64,000 bases of DNA from the NCBI GenBank assembly GCA_030753015.1, contig JASMDC010000003.1, forward strand, positions 90,780 through 154,779. Direction: 5' to 3'. This DNA is from Candidatus Undinarchaeales archaeon (GTDB taxonomy: Archaea > SpSt-1190 > JASMDC01). Positions 19,201 through 27,971 of the stretch are shown in pieces. The translations under genes were made by a program, and so were the position numbers. Numbering within the stretch: position 1 is the first letter of the stretch; each line of letters opens with the position of its first letter. The notes under the pieces were generated by a model that was not told where the DNA came from, ran no database searches, and saw only the letters and a program-made list of their open reading frames with translations.

Positions 19201-22200
19201 GAGGTGACGGTCGTGCTAGCGCACGAGGTGAAGTCCACGATGCCGGTGCAGGTGCGGCACGTGCCTGCGACGCACTGGCCAACGGCGCATTCGCCCGCGG
19301 TGACGCACGCCTGCCCGGCCTTCTTCTTGCATCGGTTGTCCTTGCATGTGAAGGTGGGATCGCAGTTGCAGTCGACCGTGCATCCCTCGTCCTGCCCCTT
19401 GTGCCGGTTGCATCCGCCGGAGCAGCAATAGCCGTCGTCAACGGTACCGGTCTTGCACTGGGTGTCGACGCTCTTGCCCCCACAAGAGCCGCACACGTAG
19501 TTACCACCAGCGGTCTGTTGGACACACACGTCGCTAGCGCACTGGTCACCTGATATGCACGCCTCTCCGTTCTTCCGCTTACATTGGAATCCGGTACAGA
19601 GGAACTGATCCTTGCACTGGCAGTCCTCGGTGCAAGCGTCCCCCAGTTCGCCGGGTGAGACGCACTCGTCCGCGCAGCACCAGCCGTTGGCCACCGCCTG
19701 GGTGTCGCAGGCGTTCGTCTTGCCCTTCCCTACGCAGGTCCCGCACACATCGTTAACGCATACGCTGCTGGAGCAGTCCTCACCATGGATGCAGTTCTGA
19801 CTGTTTTTGAGCTTGCAGAGCAGTCCCGTGCAGGAGTACTGGTCCTGGCACTGACAGTCGGCACCACATCCGGCGTCGAGCGCGCCGTGGGTCACGCATG
19901 CGCCCTCACAGCACCAGCCGTCGAGGATGGTGGCGGTCTTGCACTGGGATGAAATTGCCTTGCCGGCGCATGTACCACACGTACCGGCCACGCACACACC
20001 ACTTGAGCACTCGGCCCCACTCGTGCATGTCTGGCCGTCCTTGAGCTTGCACTTATCACCTCCAGCATCATCGGTGCACGCCAGCGTGTTCTTGCATTGG
20101 CAGCTCTTGACGCAGGCCGCGTCAAGGAGCAGGAGTTCTCCAGGAGTGTAACAGGCGTCGGCGCAGCAGGATCCCTGTGTACCTTGGTTCTCGTAGCACA
20201 CATGGTCCTCGACGCAGGTAGTCGTAGAGCATAGGTTGAGCCCTACGTCACAGATGGCATTACAGCAAACTGATCCGCACACTGTCCCGATGTTGGCACC
20301 GGCGATCTTGCAGATGTCGCCCGTGTCGTCAGGTCCACAGGTGCTATCGGTCCGGCATATACCGCTGGCGCACTGCCCGCTGTCCGTGCAGCTCTGGCCG
20401 TCGTTCTTCTTGCATTTGTTGCCCGCGCACTGCATACCCACCTTGCACTCGCAGTTCTGGACGCAGTCCTCTCCCGTCTCCTTCGGGCTGACGCAAGCAC
20501 CGGCACAGCACCAGCCGTCGGAGAACGTCGGTGTCATGCACCCCGTGCTGATGTCGGTCTTTCCCACACAAGTACCGCATATGCCGCTCACGCAGGCGCC
20601 CGAGGCGCACGCGGTGCCGTTCGTGCATCCCTGGCCTGCCGCCATTCGACACTTGTTGTCCGTGGCTACGGCGCACTCCAGGTTCGCACCGCACTCGCAG
20701 TGCTCTTCACAGTCCTTCTCATACCCCTTGCGGTCGGTCGTGAGGAAGCACTGGTCGGCGCAGCAGCTCCCGTACTTCTTAACACCGCTCACCAGCTTCA
20801 TGCAGGCGTGTCCTAGGCCGCATTCGTTGCATACATCGCTGTCGGAATCGCAGTACCCGTTACAGCACTCATCGTGGCAGACGAGCCCGTCGATGTTCGT
20901 GTCGACCTTGCAGAGGTCGCCCTGGCCCGAGTTCGTGGCGCAGGCGGCTCCACCGGCAGAGCACACCTTCGAGTCACAATCCGTGCTCTGGGAACAGGTC
21001 TGGCCTCCGGTGAGCTTGCACAGTCCTATACCGAACGAACAGCTTAGCTCGGTATCGCCCTGGCAGTTGCAGTTGCCGGTACATACGCCGTTGAGGGGGA
21101 CCGCGTCGACGCACTCGCCGTTGCAGCACCACCCGCTCTGCGTGTTGCCGGACTGGCACGACACCTTGTCCTGGGTGCACTCTTCGCACAGGCCGTCCAC
21201 GCATATGTTCGTACCGCACTGGTTCCCCTGGGTGCAGGGCTGGCCGCTCTTGGTCTTGCATATTCCACCCGTGCACTCGAGCTGGGCCGTCTCATCGCAC
21301 TCACAGGTCACCTGGCACACCTGGCCAAGGGGCTGCTTCTCCGCCTGGCGGATGCAATTGTTGTTGCAGCACTTCCCCTGCTGCCCGCCCTGGCCGCCGT
21401 CGCTCTCGTAGCAGGTGGCACCCGCGTTCGCGCAATTTGCACCGCAGGTGTAGGGCGTGGTTCCCGTGTTGCAGGTGTTGGCGCAGCAGACATCGTTGCA
21501 CACCGATCCTGCGTGAGTCCCTCCGAGCATGCACTTGGATCCCGTCGTGGGCGTCCCGCATTTGCCCGCCGCGTCGCAGAGCTCTGAGGAACATTGGGCG
21601 CTGTCCGTGCAGGTCTGGTCGTTCTTCAGTTTGCAGAGCTTGTTCCCTTCGGCCCCGACGCACTGCATCGTGGTCTCGCAGTGACAGTCCGAGGTGCATT
21701 GTGCGTCCAGCCCCTGCGGTGCCACGCACTGGACCCCGCAGCACCAGCCGTCGTCCACGCCATCACGGCTACATGTCGTGAAGTCGCTCCCCCCGCAAGC
21801 GCCGCACATCCCGTCCACACACACACCGCTAACGCACTGGTCCCAGGAGGTGCAGGTCTGGCCGTCGACCTTCTTGCACTTCTTGTTCCCGACGGCCCCC
21901 GCGCACAGGTAGTTGTTCAGGCAGTGGCAGTCGGCGGTGCACGAACCGTCCAGACTCTTGGGCTCCACGCACTCAGCACCGCAGCACCAGCCCGTGAGGG
22001 CCCCTGCGCTGCACTCCTTCTTGGTGGTCCCGGCCCCGCATGTTCCGCACTTGTAGCTGTCCTGCGTCATCTCGATGCACACGCTGCTGGCACATTGGTT
22101 GCCCGCGGAACAGGTCCGGTCGTCCTTCAGCTTGCACGCAAGGAGCGTGCACACGAAATCACCCTTGCACTGACAGTCTGCGGCACAGATGCCGTCGAGC

Positions 22201-25200
22201 CCCTTACGCTCGTCTTCCGTGTAGCATCCCGTTTGGCAGCAGATGCCCGGGGTTCCGGAGCCCTCATAGCACTCCACCCAGACGTTGTTGCATGTATTGA
22301 CGCAGGCCTTCGTCGCACCGAAGCAGAAGTTGGGCATCCCGCAGCATTGACCGCCGCAGGCCGTTCCCTTGGTACCGGGGTACTGGACGTAACACTTTGA
22401 TGGGGATGTGAGCCCGCCGTTGCACACCTGGGGGTCCACGGCGCAGATGCTGTTGGCACAGTCCAGGCTCTTCTCGCAGGCCTGAGTCTCCTTGAGCTTG
22501 CAGAAGCCCTCGGTGCATTGAAAGGTCTCCTCACAGTAGCAGTCACTGACGCACGCCGCTCCTAGCCCTTGGCGTACCCGACAAGCATTATCGCAGCACA
22601 AACCGTTGAATCCGTCGCCCTCACATGCCACGCCAGCGTTCCCGGCGGTACATGCACCGCATTTATAGGTGCCGCCATCGCTGACGCAAAGGCCGGAGGA
22701 ACACTGGGACCAGGAGGAACAGGTCCGACCGTTCTTGTACAGGCACTTGTTCCCCGTGCACGAGTACTCGGTCTTGCACTGACAGCCAGCGTTGCATGCA
22801 TCGAACAGCCCACCCCGCTCATCGAGCGTGAAACACTCGTTCTGGCAACATACTCCCTCTGTGCCGGCACCTTCGTAGCAGGTCGCACCGACCACCCCGC
22901 AGAGCACGACGCACTGGTCGTTGATGCAGAACGAAGGCAGCCCGCAACACTTATCCTGGCACACGGTCCCCTTTGTGGGATCGTCCATGAAACACTGGTT
23001 CGGACTGACCAGCGCCCCGTTGCACACGCCATCAAGGCTGCATAGCTTCTGGGAACAGTCGTCGCTCTGCGTGCAGCTCTGGCCCTCCTTGAGCTTGCAC
23101 TTCTTCCCCGCCCCCGTGTCCGTGCAGCCGAAGGCCTCGCCGCAGTTGCAGTTCTGGGCACAAGCACCGTCCTGGCTGACCGGGGCAGTGCAGGCGCCGG
23201 TACAGCACCAACCGGTGACGCCATCAGCGGTGCAGTTGAAGCTCGTGTCCTTCCCGGCACAGCCTCCGCACACGTAGGCGCCGCCCGCTGTCCCCATGAC
23301 GCACTCGCCGCTGGCGCACTGGGACCAGGTGGTGCAGGCCTCCCCGTCCTCCTTCTTGCACTTGTTCCCCGCGCACTGGAGCCCATCCTCGCATTCGCAG
23401 TGGTCCGTGCAGTCCTCGTCGAGTCCCAGGGGTGTGACACACTGGTTGAGGCAGCACCAGCCTGTGGCGGTCTCCGATTTACATGCATAGGTCAGGTCCT
23501 TCCCATCACAAGTGCCGCAGGTGTAATCGCCACCAGGTGTAGCCTGGACACACGCACCGCTGGCACACTCCGACCAGACCGTGCACGGGCCGCCCACCTC
23601 CTTCTTGCACTTCTTGTTGTTCTCCGGACCCGTGCATATTAGGCCTCCCGTGCACTGGCATGTAACCGTGCAGGACTCGCCGGAAGGCAACCGCTCAACG
23701 TCACGGACACACCCGTCGTTGCAGCACTTACCTTCTTGGCCGCCCTGGGAGCCCACGGTCTTGTAGCAGGTCGCTCCTCCGATAGCGCAGCCCGTCCCGC
23801 AGGTGTCGGGATCGGTGCTAGTGTCGCAGATTGTGGCACAACAGGCGTCAGCGCACACGGTCCCCGAGGGATTGCCCGTGAGCATGCACTTGGAGCCCGT
23901 GGCAGGGGTACTGCAGAGGCCGCTCGCGTCGCAGAGACCTGAAGAGCACTGACCGCTATCAGTGCAGGCCTGTCCGTTGACCTTTCTGCAGGTCCTGCTA
24001 CCTTCCTCTCCGGCGCATTCGGTGTTCTCGACGCACTGGCAGTCGGCTGTGCAGGCCGTGCCCACGTCGCCAGGGATTGAACAGGCGTTTGCGCAGCACC
24101 GCCCGTCAGCTATCCCATTGGCGATACAGGCTGTCCCGTCATTCCCTGTGCACGATCCGCAGGTGTCGTCCACACAAACACTGTTGGCGCATTCGGACCA
24201 GGTCGTGCAATCCTGACCGTCCACCCGCTTACACTTGGTGCCCGAACACTCGAAGTTTGCCAGGCAATGGCAGTCCTGCGTGCATCCACTATCGAGACCC
24301 GCGGGGGCGATACACTGGTCATTACAGCACAATCCAATGATGCCCTCGGCCTTGCAGGCGAAGGTCGCGTCCTTGGCCTGACATGAGCCGCATACGTAAT
24401 TACCACCGGCGGTCTGTTGGACGCACACGACGCTGGCACACTCGTCCCAGGCGGTGCAGGGTTCACCTGCAGCAAGGCGGCACGTCTTGCTACCCTCCGG
24501 GCCACCGCATGCGAGCCCGTCCTGGCACTCGCAGGTCTCGGTGCATGAAGTGCCCGCGGCCTTTCTCTCAGCTTCTCGGACGCACTGGTCATTGCAGCAT
24601 GCGCCCTGCTGACCTCCCTGTCCTCCGGCAGTCTCGTAGCAGGTCTCTCCAGCGGAGGCGCAGGCGGTATCGCAGGTGTCGGGTTCGGTTCCCGTGTCGC
24701 AGATGTTGCTGCAGCACGCTTCGTTGCACACTGATCCGGTCGGATTCCCAGAGAGCAGGCAAGCGGCTCCGGTAGCGGGCGTCCCACAGAGGCCTGTGGC
24801 AGCACAGAGCTTCGAAGCGCATTGACCGCTATCGGTGCACGTCTGTCCCGCCTCCTTCTTACAGCCATCGGTAGTGCACTGCAGGTTGGTATTGCACTTG
24901 CATGCCACGCCCCCGCAGTCACCGTCAAGGGCGAGAGGGGCGAAACACGTGTTCTGGCAACACCATCCGTCGGCCACACCTTCCTTGGTGCAGGCCGTGA
25001 GGTCGTCCTGGTCGGCACAGGTGCCACAGGCGCCGTCCACGCACACGCCGCTAGCGCACTCAGTCCCGACCGTACAGGTCTGCTCATTGGCCTTCAGACA
25101 CTTCTTTGAACCTTCTTCCCCAACGCAGTCCAGGTTCGCCTGACAGTGGCAGTCTAGTGTACAGGATCCTTCCGCCGCTACGAGGACGATACATTCGTCA

Positions 25201-25670
25201 TTGCATAGGGAATAGCCATCCTCGCAGGTGGTCGTGGAGCACGCATTTTCAGTGCAAAGGAAATTGATGCAATCCGCCGCCTCGCAGCACTCGCCACCAA
25301 TCATCCAGGTCGTATCGCAGCATATGCCGCCGGTCTTTGCCTTGCACCCGTGAGCGTTGTTGCACTCCTGGCAGTCGTTGCACGTCAAATCGACGCAAAT
25401 CTTATCCGAGCAGGTCTTGCAGTTATCGCATTCGTCGTCGGAACAGCAGTTCTTACCAACGAACCAGAACCCCATACAGCATATACCACCGGTTTTTTCC
25501 ACGCATGCGTGGTCGATAAGATCCTGGCAGGCGGTGCACACGAGGTCAACGCAGGCCCCGTCTTCACAGCTCTGGTCAGCGTTGCAGTCGTCGTTGGTAG
25601 TGCAAGCTGCGGATAAAGTTACCACTAAAAAAAGCACGAGAGCTATAACGGTCCATATGGAGAGTCTCAT
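13278..25670 (-). CDS. Giant (4130 aa) cysteine-rich repetitive cell-surface protein with C-terminal TM anchor
   Basis: Signal peptide ending LSAAC; dozens of Cys modules (GxxCx4CxSxxCVxGxCGxC...GWCCxxxC); TSP3-like DxDxDG..D..DPCP motifs; CGDGxC repeats; Ig-like domain; TM helix; Q/G/Y-rich tail. Confidence 0.9.
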   Translation of the reverse strand: MRLSIWTVIALVLFLVVTLSAACTTNDDCNADQSCEDGACVDLVCTACQDLIDHACVEKTGGICCMGFWFVGKNCCSDDECDNCKTCSDKICVDLTCNDCQECNNAHGCKAKTGGICCDTTWMIGGECCEAADCINFLCTENACSTTTCEDGYSLCNDECIVLVAAEGSCTLDCHCQANLDCVGEEGSKKCLKANEQTCTVGTECASGVCVDGACGTCADQDDLTACTKEGVADGWCCQNTCFAPLALDGDCGGVACKCNTNLQCTTDGCKKEAGQTCTDSGQCASKLCAATGLCGTPATGAACLLSGNPTGSVCNEACCSNICDTGTEPDTCDTACASAGETCYETAGGQGGQQGACCNDQCVREAERKAAGTSCTETCECQDGLACGGPEGSKTCRLAAGEPCTAWDECASVVCVQQTAGGNYVCGSCQAKDATFACKAEGIIGLCCNDQCIAPAGLDSGCTQDCHCLANFECSGTKCKRVDGQDCTTWSECANSVCVDDTCGSCTGNDGTACIANGIADGRCCANACSIPGDVGTACTADCQCVENTECAGEEGSRTCRKVNGQACTDSGQCSSGLCDASGLCSTPATGSKCMLTGNPSGTVCADACCATICDTSTDPDTCGTGCAIGGATCYKTVGSQGGQEGKCCNDGCVRDVERLPSGESCTVTCQCTGGLICTGPENNKKCKKEVGGPCTVWSECASGACVQATPGGDYTCGTCDGKDLTYACKSETATGWCCLNQCVTPLGLDEDCTDHCECEDGLQCAGNKCKKEDGEACTTWSQCASGECVMGTAGGAYVCGGCAGKDTSFNCTADGVTGWCCTGACTAPVSQDGACAQNCNCGEAFGCTDTGAGKKCKLKEGQSCTQSDDCSQKLCSLDGVCNGALVSPNQCFMDDPTKGTVCQDKCCGLPSFCINDQCVVLCGVVGATCYEGAGTEGVCCQNECFTLDERGGLFDACNAGCQCKTEYSCTGNKCLYKNGRTCSSWSQCSSGLCVSDGGTYKCGACTAGNAGVACEGDGFNGLCCDNACRVRQGLGAACVSDCYCEETFQCTEGFCKLKETQACEKSLDCANSICAVDPQVCNGGLTSPSKCYVQYPGTKGTACGGQCCGMPNFCFGATKACVNTCNNVWVECYEGSGTPGICCQTGCYTEDERKGLDGICAADCQCKGDFVCTLLACKLKDDRTCSAGNQCASSVCIEMTQDSYKCGTCGAGTTKKECSAGALTGWCCGAECVEPKSLDGSCTADCHCLNNYLCAGAVGNKKCKKVDGQTCTSWDQCVSGVCVDGMCGACGGSDFTTCSRDGVDDGWCCGVQCVAPQGLDAQCTSDCHCETTMQCVGAEGNKLCKLKNDQTCTDSAQCSSELCDAAGKCGTPTTGSKCMLGGTHAGSVCNDVCCANTCNTGTTPYTCGANCANAGATCYESDGGQGGQQGKCCNNNCIRQAEKQPLGQVCQVTCECDETAQLECTGGICKTKSGQPCTQGNQCGTNICVDGLCEECTQDKVSCQSGNTQSGWCCNGECVDAVPLNGVCTGNCNCQGDTELSCSFGIGLCKLTGGQTCSQSTDCDSKVCSAGGAACATNSGQGDLCKVDTNIDGLVCHDECCNGYCDSDSDVCNECGLGHACMKLVSGVKKYGSCCADQCFLTTDRKGYEKDCEEHCECGANLECAVATDNKCRMAAGQGCTNGTACASGACVSGICGTCVGKTDISTGCMTPTFSDGWCCAGACVSPKETGEDCVQNCECKVGMQCAGNKCKKNDGQSCTDSGQCASGICRTDSTCGPDDTGDICKIAGANIGTVCGSVCCNAICDVGLNLCSTTTCVEDHVCYENQGTQGSCCADACYTPGELLLLDAACVKSCQCKNTLACTDDAGGDKCKLKDGQTCTSGAECSSGVCVAGTCGTCAGKAISSQCKTATILDGWCCEGACVTHGALDAGCGADCQCQDQYSCTGLLCKLKNSQNCIHGEDCSSSVCVNDVCGTCVGKGKTNACDTQAVANGWCCADECVSPGELGDACTEDCQCKDQFLCTGFQCKRKNGEACISGDQCASDVCVQQTAGGNYVCGSCGGKSVDTQCKTGTVDDGYCCSGGCNRHKGQDEGCTVDCNCDPTFTCKDNRCKKKAGQACVTAGECAVGQCVAGTCRTCTGIVDFTSCASTTVTSGKCCNNICTAPKGLGEGCTFTCQCGSNMECIGAVCKKAAGQPCTSGDQCGTGLCVGAPGESICGTCNTDDFTACKTITISDGWCCGGECAAPQALDGPCDSYCECHQNFACTETGIGKKCKLKKAQTCTLSTDCTSGVCLSNGQCDQAAVGMSCKITAGIDGSVCGNSWAWDTCCAKICDAGTTQCAMTCTEGNTCYEGAGIQGECCTSTCITPPEKGGLNAPCGKDCVCDQTRFTCVDTYGGPNVDTCKKINGQGCESGRDCASKVCVDGTCGTCMGMLAKTPCSTDVLAQGWCCNNQCIYAKPINSPCQRDCECNVGTECHNGLCKLSAGETCTSAALCSSGQCVSSGAYTCGNCVVDGVGCLDENGVIKQCCSNLCNVGWKGVTEPCGNDCECATNMKCAGNPRTCKYVDGQPCTHGNQCQSGYCVDKTGNNGWRCGTCDAAEDNGNKIIDTQGTTGVCCVGNHCTPICRDSDVNGQVDTCNSCEGMAQGSLCYTVAGEGECCNNKCYSSKLPSGQSCNKDCECEAGFCDRNTHLCTDLAGEGALCISDADCQSGLTCIDTDGNGRLDKCSTCNKHGSRKCQEDILSGYCCGGTCKGMLYLSWFPEAECGENPCDGEVKCIAGDWKCNTAGQYKCFQDQSSTCTQTGIFNTGQAANCVPYKCDGTTGKCRTTCVSNDHCLTSYSCIDLTTDGVPETCDTCTGHEASVCDLGGKTGFCCGDACNAPPVAEWTPANRCGEQDCNGAVKCEDDSWVCDTYGDPVCSPDLTLRGQCSNVGAFSSLGDCSPYTCDPSVGQCRTACASSIDCQTQFPCIDIDGQTGLDRCASCSAFGAAACEHLGTSGFCCGNGCEAMSSAQWNPGGGCGLNQCDGGKVTCRESEWLCDTFERHVCNEGRTRTTQCSKLGEYDIPTEDSCGSYICDPTVGTCMTGCTSDIHCTSQCCVLGSCVEKKTKEEGESCEKDCECGGNSVCDPGTKKCSKAVTCPNGQVRNCDASKPICVDDPLKEWLCKPECFPDEAPCVTENSRGFCCAGTCISPRPGFFPGKDCGRLDCGGNVGCNLATGELTCNSFGSICCDSNAPGTCNEVGDCQATSPPCSNQCGGGGSRTFLNYTCHTGLCEAVSSDCSEILFQCNSDRGCVECLDDTHCEDQCQRYSFLNYTCQNFKCEILGADIQDCSTGGSNQICQLPTGCLQCISTEQCQAQYGANYACDFQTLGCKVAKCFKDENCPYTCEQNIYRGQSCNNYICQDKPEQDCKAEGGICTREGCVNCVSDVNCTLTYGTDFGCKGGRCEMLCGNGKCDEGEDCNDCPQDCQCKGTETCDPTTTWAHGCAPDYDNDGFADDKDPCPRDPKNACKPCQGDKDCTDMCHQNVHIEFSCQISVCTPGTEVSCAEMGLICDPAARCVRCGNMTDSNKACKTAFEFTYICADDRCLPDRDMDGMPDSEDPCPTDPTNACTAECPNNVCEATEDCNTCPEDCGCDDGNACSVDRCILGQCIYEASDCGSACETGVCDGDSECMVRSSGGGDCFCEGMCEKGYTCDQSQKCAKAECGDGKCQNECGQCPQDCSIKDCLNNGVCDTSMGENCASAPKDCSCMPGFTCDAQRPESNEIGCYRIACGDKHCDSPDETSGTCCVDCECPGNQKCDPETNSCRGGCGDGECELATECDSCRVDCTPDDCINRKCAPGIGENCRNSADCICDAEIESEATLVMVEKQTKLLSFTVKNTGSLRDAFDITIESDSTLVGLAWTKRLKVNIDVNATFPLSVDVQGHIPGSHVIIINAVPRGLPNKTIIRKVVVAVEQESVLEQIGVLANIKDFIEVIVIIGALFLAVKRRFFPGKAVPVATQGAWQQQQQANYMANQYYGGGGYYGQSGAWRATPANNAQWGGQAGGWGQGQAMQAQAQQAAPPPKKEEPKEELSDAARGLHPGAVSGPSTPGKGLHPGDEGSTSDAKAKKTEEEEDLDYRGFHP

Positions 25671-26965
25671 TCTATCATCTGCCGTGCCCTCTGGACACGT
25701 TCGAGTGCTGTCTCTAATCGTTGCAGACCTTCTGACAGCGCACCTCCCTGTAACAGCTCAACGCTCTGTGAGAGATCGCTCTGGACCTCGTCCAATAAGA
25801 ATAGCATTCGGGTACTATTTAAGGGTTCCGACGCAGTGTTGCGTTCTTCCTCAATCCATACGCGCCGTCCTGATGGGCTGATCTCAGCCCAGCGTTCCCA
25901 GCGCAACCGGCCCCGCTCACGCCACCCCTCCTCCCATGCTTCTGCGAACTTGCCCTCGCGTACAAGCACATCGAAGCCAGTGGGATCCGCAAGACTGTCA
26001 CGCAGCCATCCGAGAGGCCATTTTTCGTCCACAAGGATCGGTTTCGAGGCAGCGCTCCACGTGGGAAGGTCCTCCAGGGCATGTCCCGCGGAAGCACCGG
26101 CGGGATCCCCCACCAACTCCCGGCGTACGAGAGGTCCGACGCCTCTCCCCCCCACCGTAGCCTCCTCGATCCCACCCATGACGGTTGTGTAGGCGGTCTC
26201 TGTTCCGTCCATGCTCCCCACGACCACCACTTCCGAAAGACGTCCGGCCAAGGATGCGAGCCGAGGGGCATCATCGCAGTGGAGATACATCATGTCGTCG
26301 ACCGGACGCACGGGGAGCGAGAGAGAGGATGCGACCACGGGATCGCAATAGAGGACTGCACGTGTACCCTCGAGGGTAGGCGACAGTGTTGTGAGGGCAC
26401 TGCCACAGAGACCGAGGGAGAGGTCGATACCTGGAGCGAACACTGCCGATGGCCCCAGTCGTCGAACCTCGCTCGCAACTGCTGCTGTAAGCTGACCAGG
26501 GACAAGGAGAAGGGGCGTGGCACTGAGGCCTCGTGCCCGGATCATTGACACCAGGTCGTCCTGGCGAACTATGGCCACCGTGTCAGCTTCCCCCCAGAAG
26601 AACCGCGACACCTCCACGGAAGTACCCGTAGCTGTGGCCCCCCACAAGCGTACAGTGCGCGCATGAGCCGCGAGATCCTCCTCGAGGGCGGGCGGAAGCA
26701 CAGCGGGACCCCCCACGAGCACCACCAGCCGGGGCTTCATCTGCTCAAGCACACCAAGGGAGTGGGACCCAAGGGTGCCGTCCGTTGCGAGCACAGGTGC
26801 TCCCACAAGGCGGGCCGCTTGGGCAGCAAGGGCGCAGTCCAGGTGAGTTGCGGTCGAGCAGATGAGAACGGTGCCCACTTGTGGCCCGACCTGGCTCCCA
26901 ATGCCGGCAAAGGAGGTGCTAAGGAGCAGGAAACAGCAGCAGATTAATGTGCAGGCCCGGCTCAT
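25667..26965 (-). CDS. Secreted protein with cell-wall-binding-repeat-2-like N-terminal domain
   Basis: Signal peptide; APVLAT, VVLVGGPAV, RLWGATATGTS resemble CWB2 repeats. ATGA overlap with the giant gene. Confidence 0.6.
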   Translation of the reverse strand: MSRACTLICCCFLLLSTSFAGIGSQVGPQVGTVLICSTATHLDCALAAQAARLVGAPVLATDGTLGSHSLGVLEQMKPRLVVLVGGPAVLPPALEEDLAAHARTVRLWGATATGTSVEVSRFFWGEADTVAIVRQDDLVSMIRARGLSATPLLLVPGQLTAAVASEVRRLGPSAVFAPGIDLSLGLCGSALTTLSPTLEGTRAVLYCDPVVASSLSLPVRPVDDMMYLHCDDAPRLASLAGRLSEVVVVGSMDGTETAYTTVMGGIEEATVGGRGVGPLVRRELVGDPAGASAGHALEDLPTWSAASKPILVDEKWPLGWLRDSLADPTGFDVLVREGKFAEAWEEGWRERGRLRWERWAEISPSGRRVWIEEERNTASEPLNSTRMLFLLDEVQSDLSQSVELLQGGALSEGLQRLETALERVQRARQMIE

Positions 26966-27927
26966 CGCCGGAGCGCCCCCCGATTGAGGATGACGCGGTT
27001 GGTCTTGCCGACGGGGGAGCGGGTAATGATACCGCGTTCCTCAAGGCCTGAGAGAATGCGGCTGAGCTTGGCCTTGGAAAAGTCCGTGGTCTTTTGAAGT
27101 TCCTTCTGGAGGGGAGGATCATCAGAGTTCAGGATGGCCTCGATGACAACGCGCTCGTTCTCCTCCATCACTGACAGGATATCCTCTTCCCGCACTTCCT
27201 CCTCTCGATGAAGCTGTCGCACACCTATCGAATAGCCGAGAACGAAGAACGCCACGGCCAGGCCTACGGCCATGGGAGTCCGGTCGGGCGGTGGGGGTAC
27301 CGGCTCTGTGGCAGGGCTCCGCGCTGCTTTCTCGAACCCTACGTAGAAGGTCATCTCCTCTCCAGGTTCAAGGCCTCCCCGTCGCCATTCGAACGAGAGT
27401 TGTCGACCGTCCGTACGCACGATCGCGTTGGGGTAGAGCACTGGCCGGGCCTGGGATGCTCGCCGCTGGAGGCTGACGGGCAGCACAAAGCCCTCCGGTA
27501 GGTGGGCGACGAGCTTGAAGTCGAGCACAGGGTCCTCCGCCCGGTACGTTAAGGAGAAGTCCATCCCTTCTTCCATGCTCCGCACAAGCTCGCCCGTGCT
27601 GAACCTGAGACTGATGTTCACGATCCCCTCGGGAGCCAGCGGCTGCCTGAAAGGAATGACAACCTCCTTGGTATTCCATGGTCCGTCACGCACTGAATGG
27701 GTGAGGTTCCCCTGAGCATCGAAGACCTCCAGATCCTTCATCCCACCCAACAGCGAGAACGTCGTGGAATCGAGGGGCGTGCCCGAAGTGTTCTCCCCCA
27801 CGATATCGATGCGCTCTACACATGTTCCATCCGGTGCGATATCAATATCGATGTAAAGTGAGTGGAAATACATATCGGCCACGGTGGGAGTAAGCAGGAG
27901 GAACGCCACGAGTAGCCAAGCTCGCAT
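26962..27927 (-). CDS. Membrane-anchored protein with cytoplasmic winged-HTH (COG2512-like)
   Basis: Signal peptide, beta-rich ectodomain, TM helix, then ENERVVI...QKELQKTTDFSKAKLSRILSGLEERGII...GKTN. Confidence 0.85.
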   Translation of the reverse strand: MRAWLLVAFLLLTPTVADMYFHSLYIDIDIAPDGTCVERIDIVGENTSGTPLDSTTFSLLGGMKDLEVFDAQGNLTHSVRDGPWNTKEVVIPFRQPLAPEGIVNISLRFSTGELVRSMEEGMDFSLTYRAEDPVLDFKLVAHLPEGFVLPVSLQRRASQARPVLYPNAIVRTDGRQLSFEWRRGGLEPGEEMTFYVGFEKAARSPATEPVPPPPDRTPMAVGLAVAFFVLGYSIGVRQLHREEEVREEDILSVMEENERVVIEAILNSDDPPLQKELQKTTDFSKAKLSRILSGLEERGIITRSPVGKTNRVILNRGALRR

Positions 27928-27971
27928 TACGTCGGGGGAACGCGTCCAAGCTTTTTATTTATATACAAGCA

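Noticed and set aside
13328-25616. Dozens of overlapping alternative-frame and antisense ORFs inside the giant gene
   Set aside because: Shadow ORFs from high GC and repetitive Cys codons; no motifs or independent signals.
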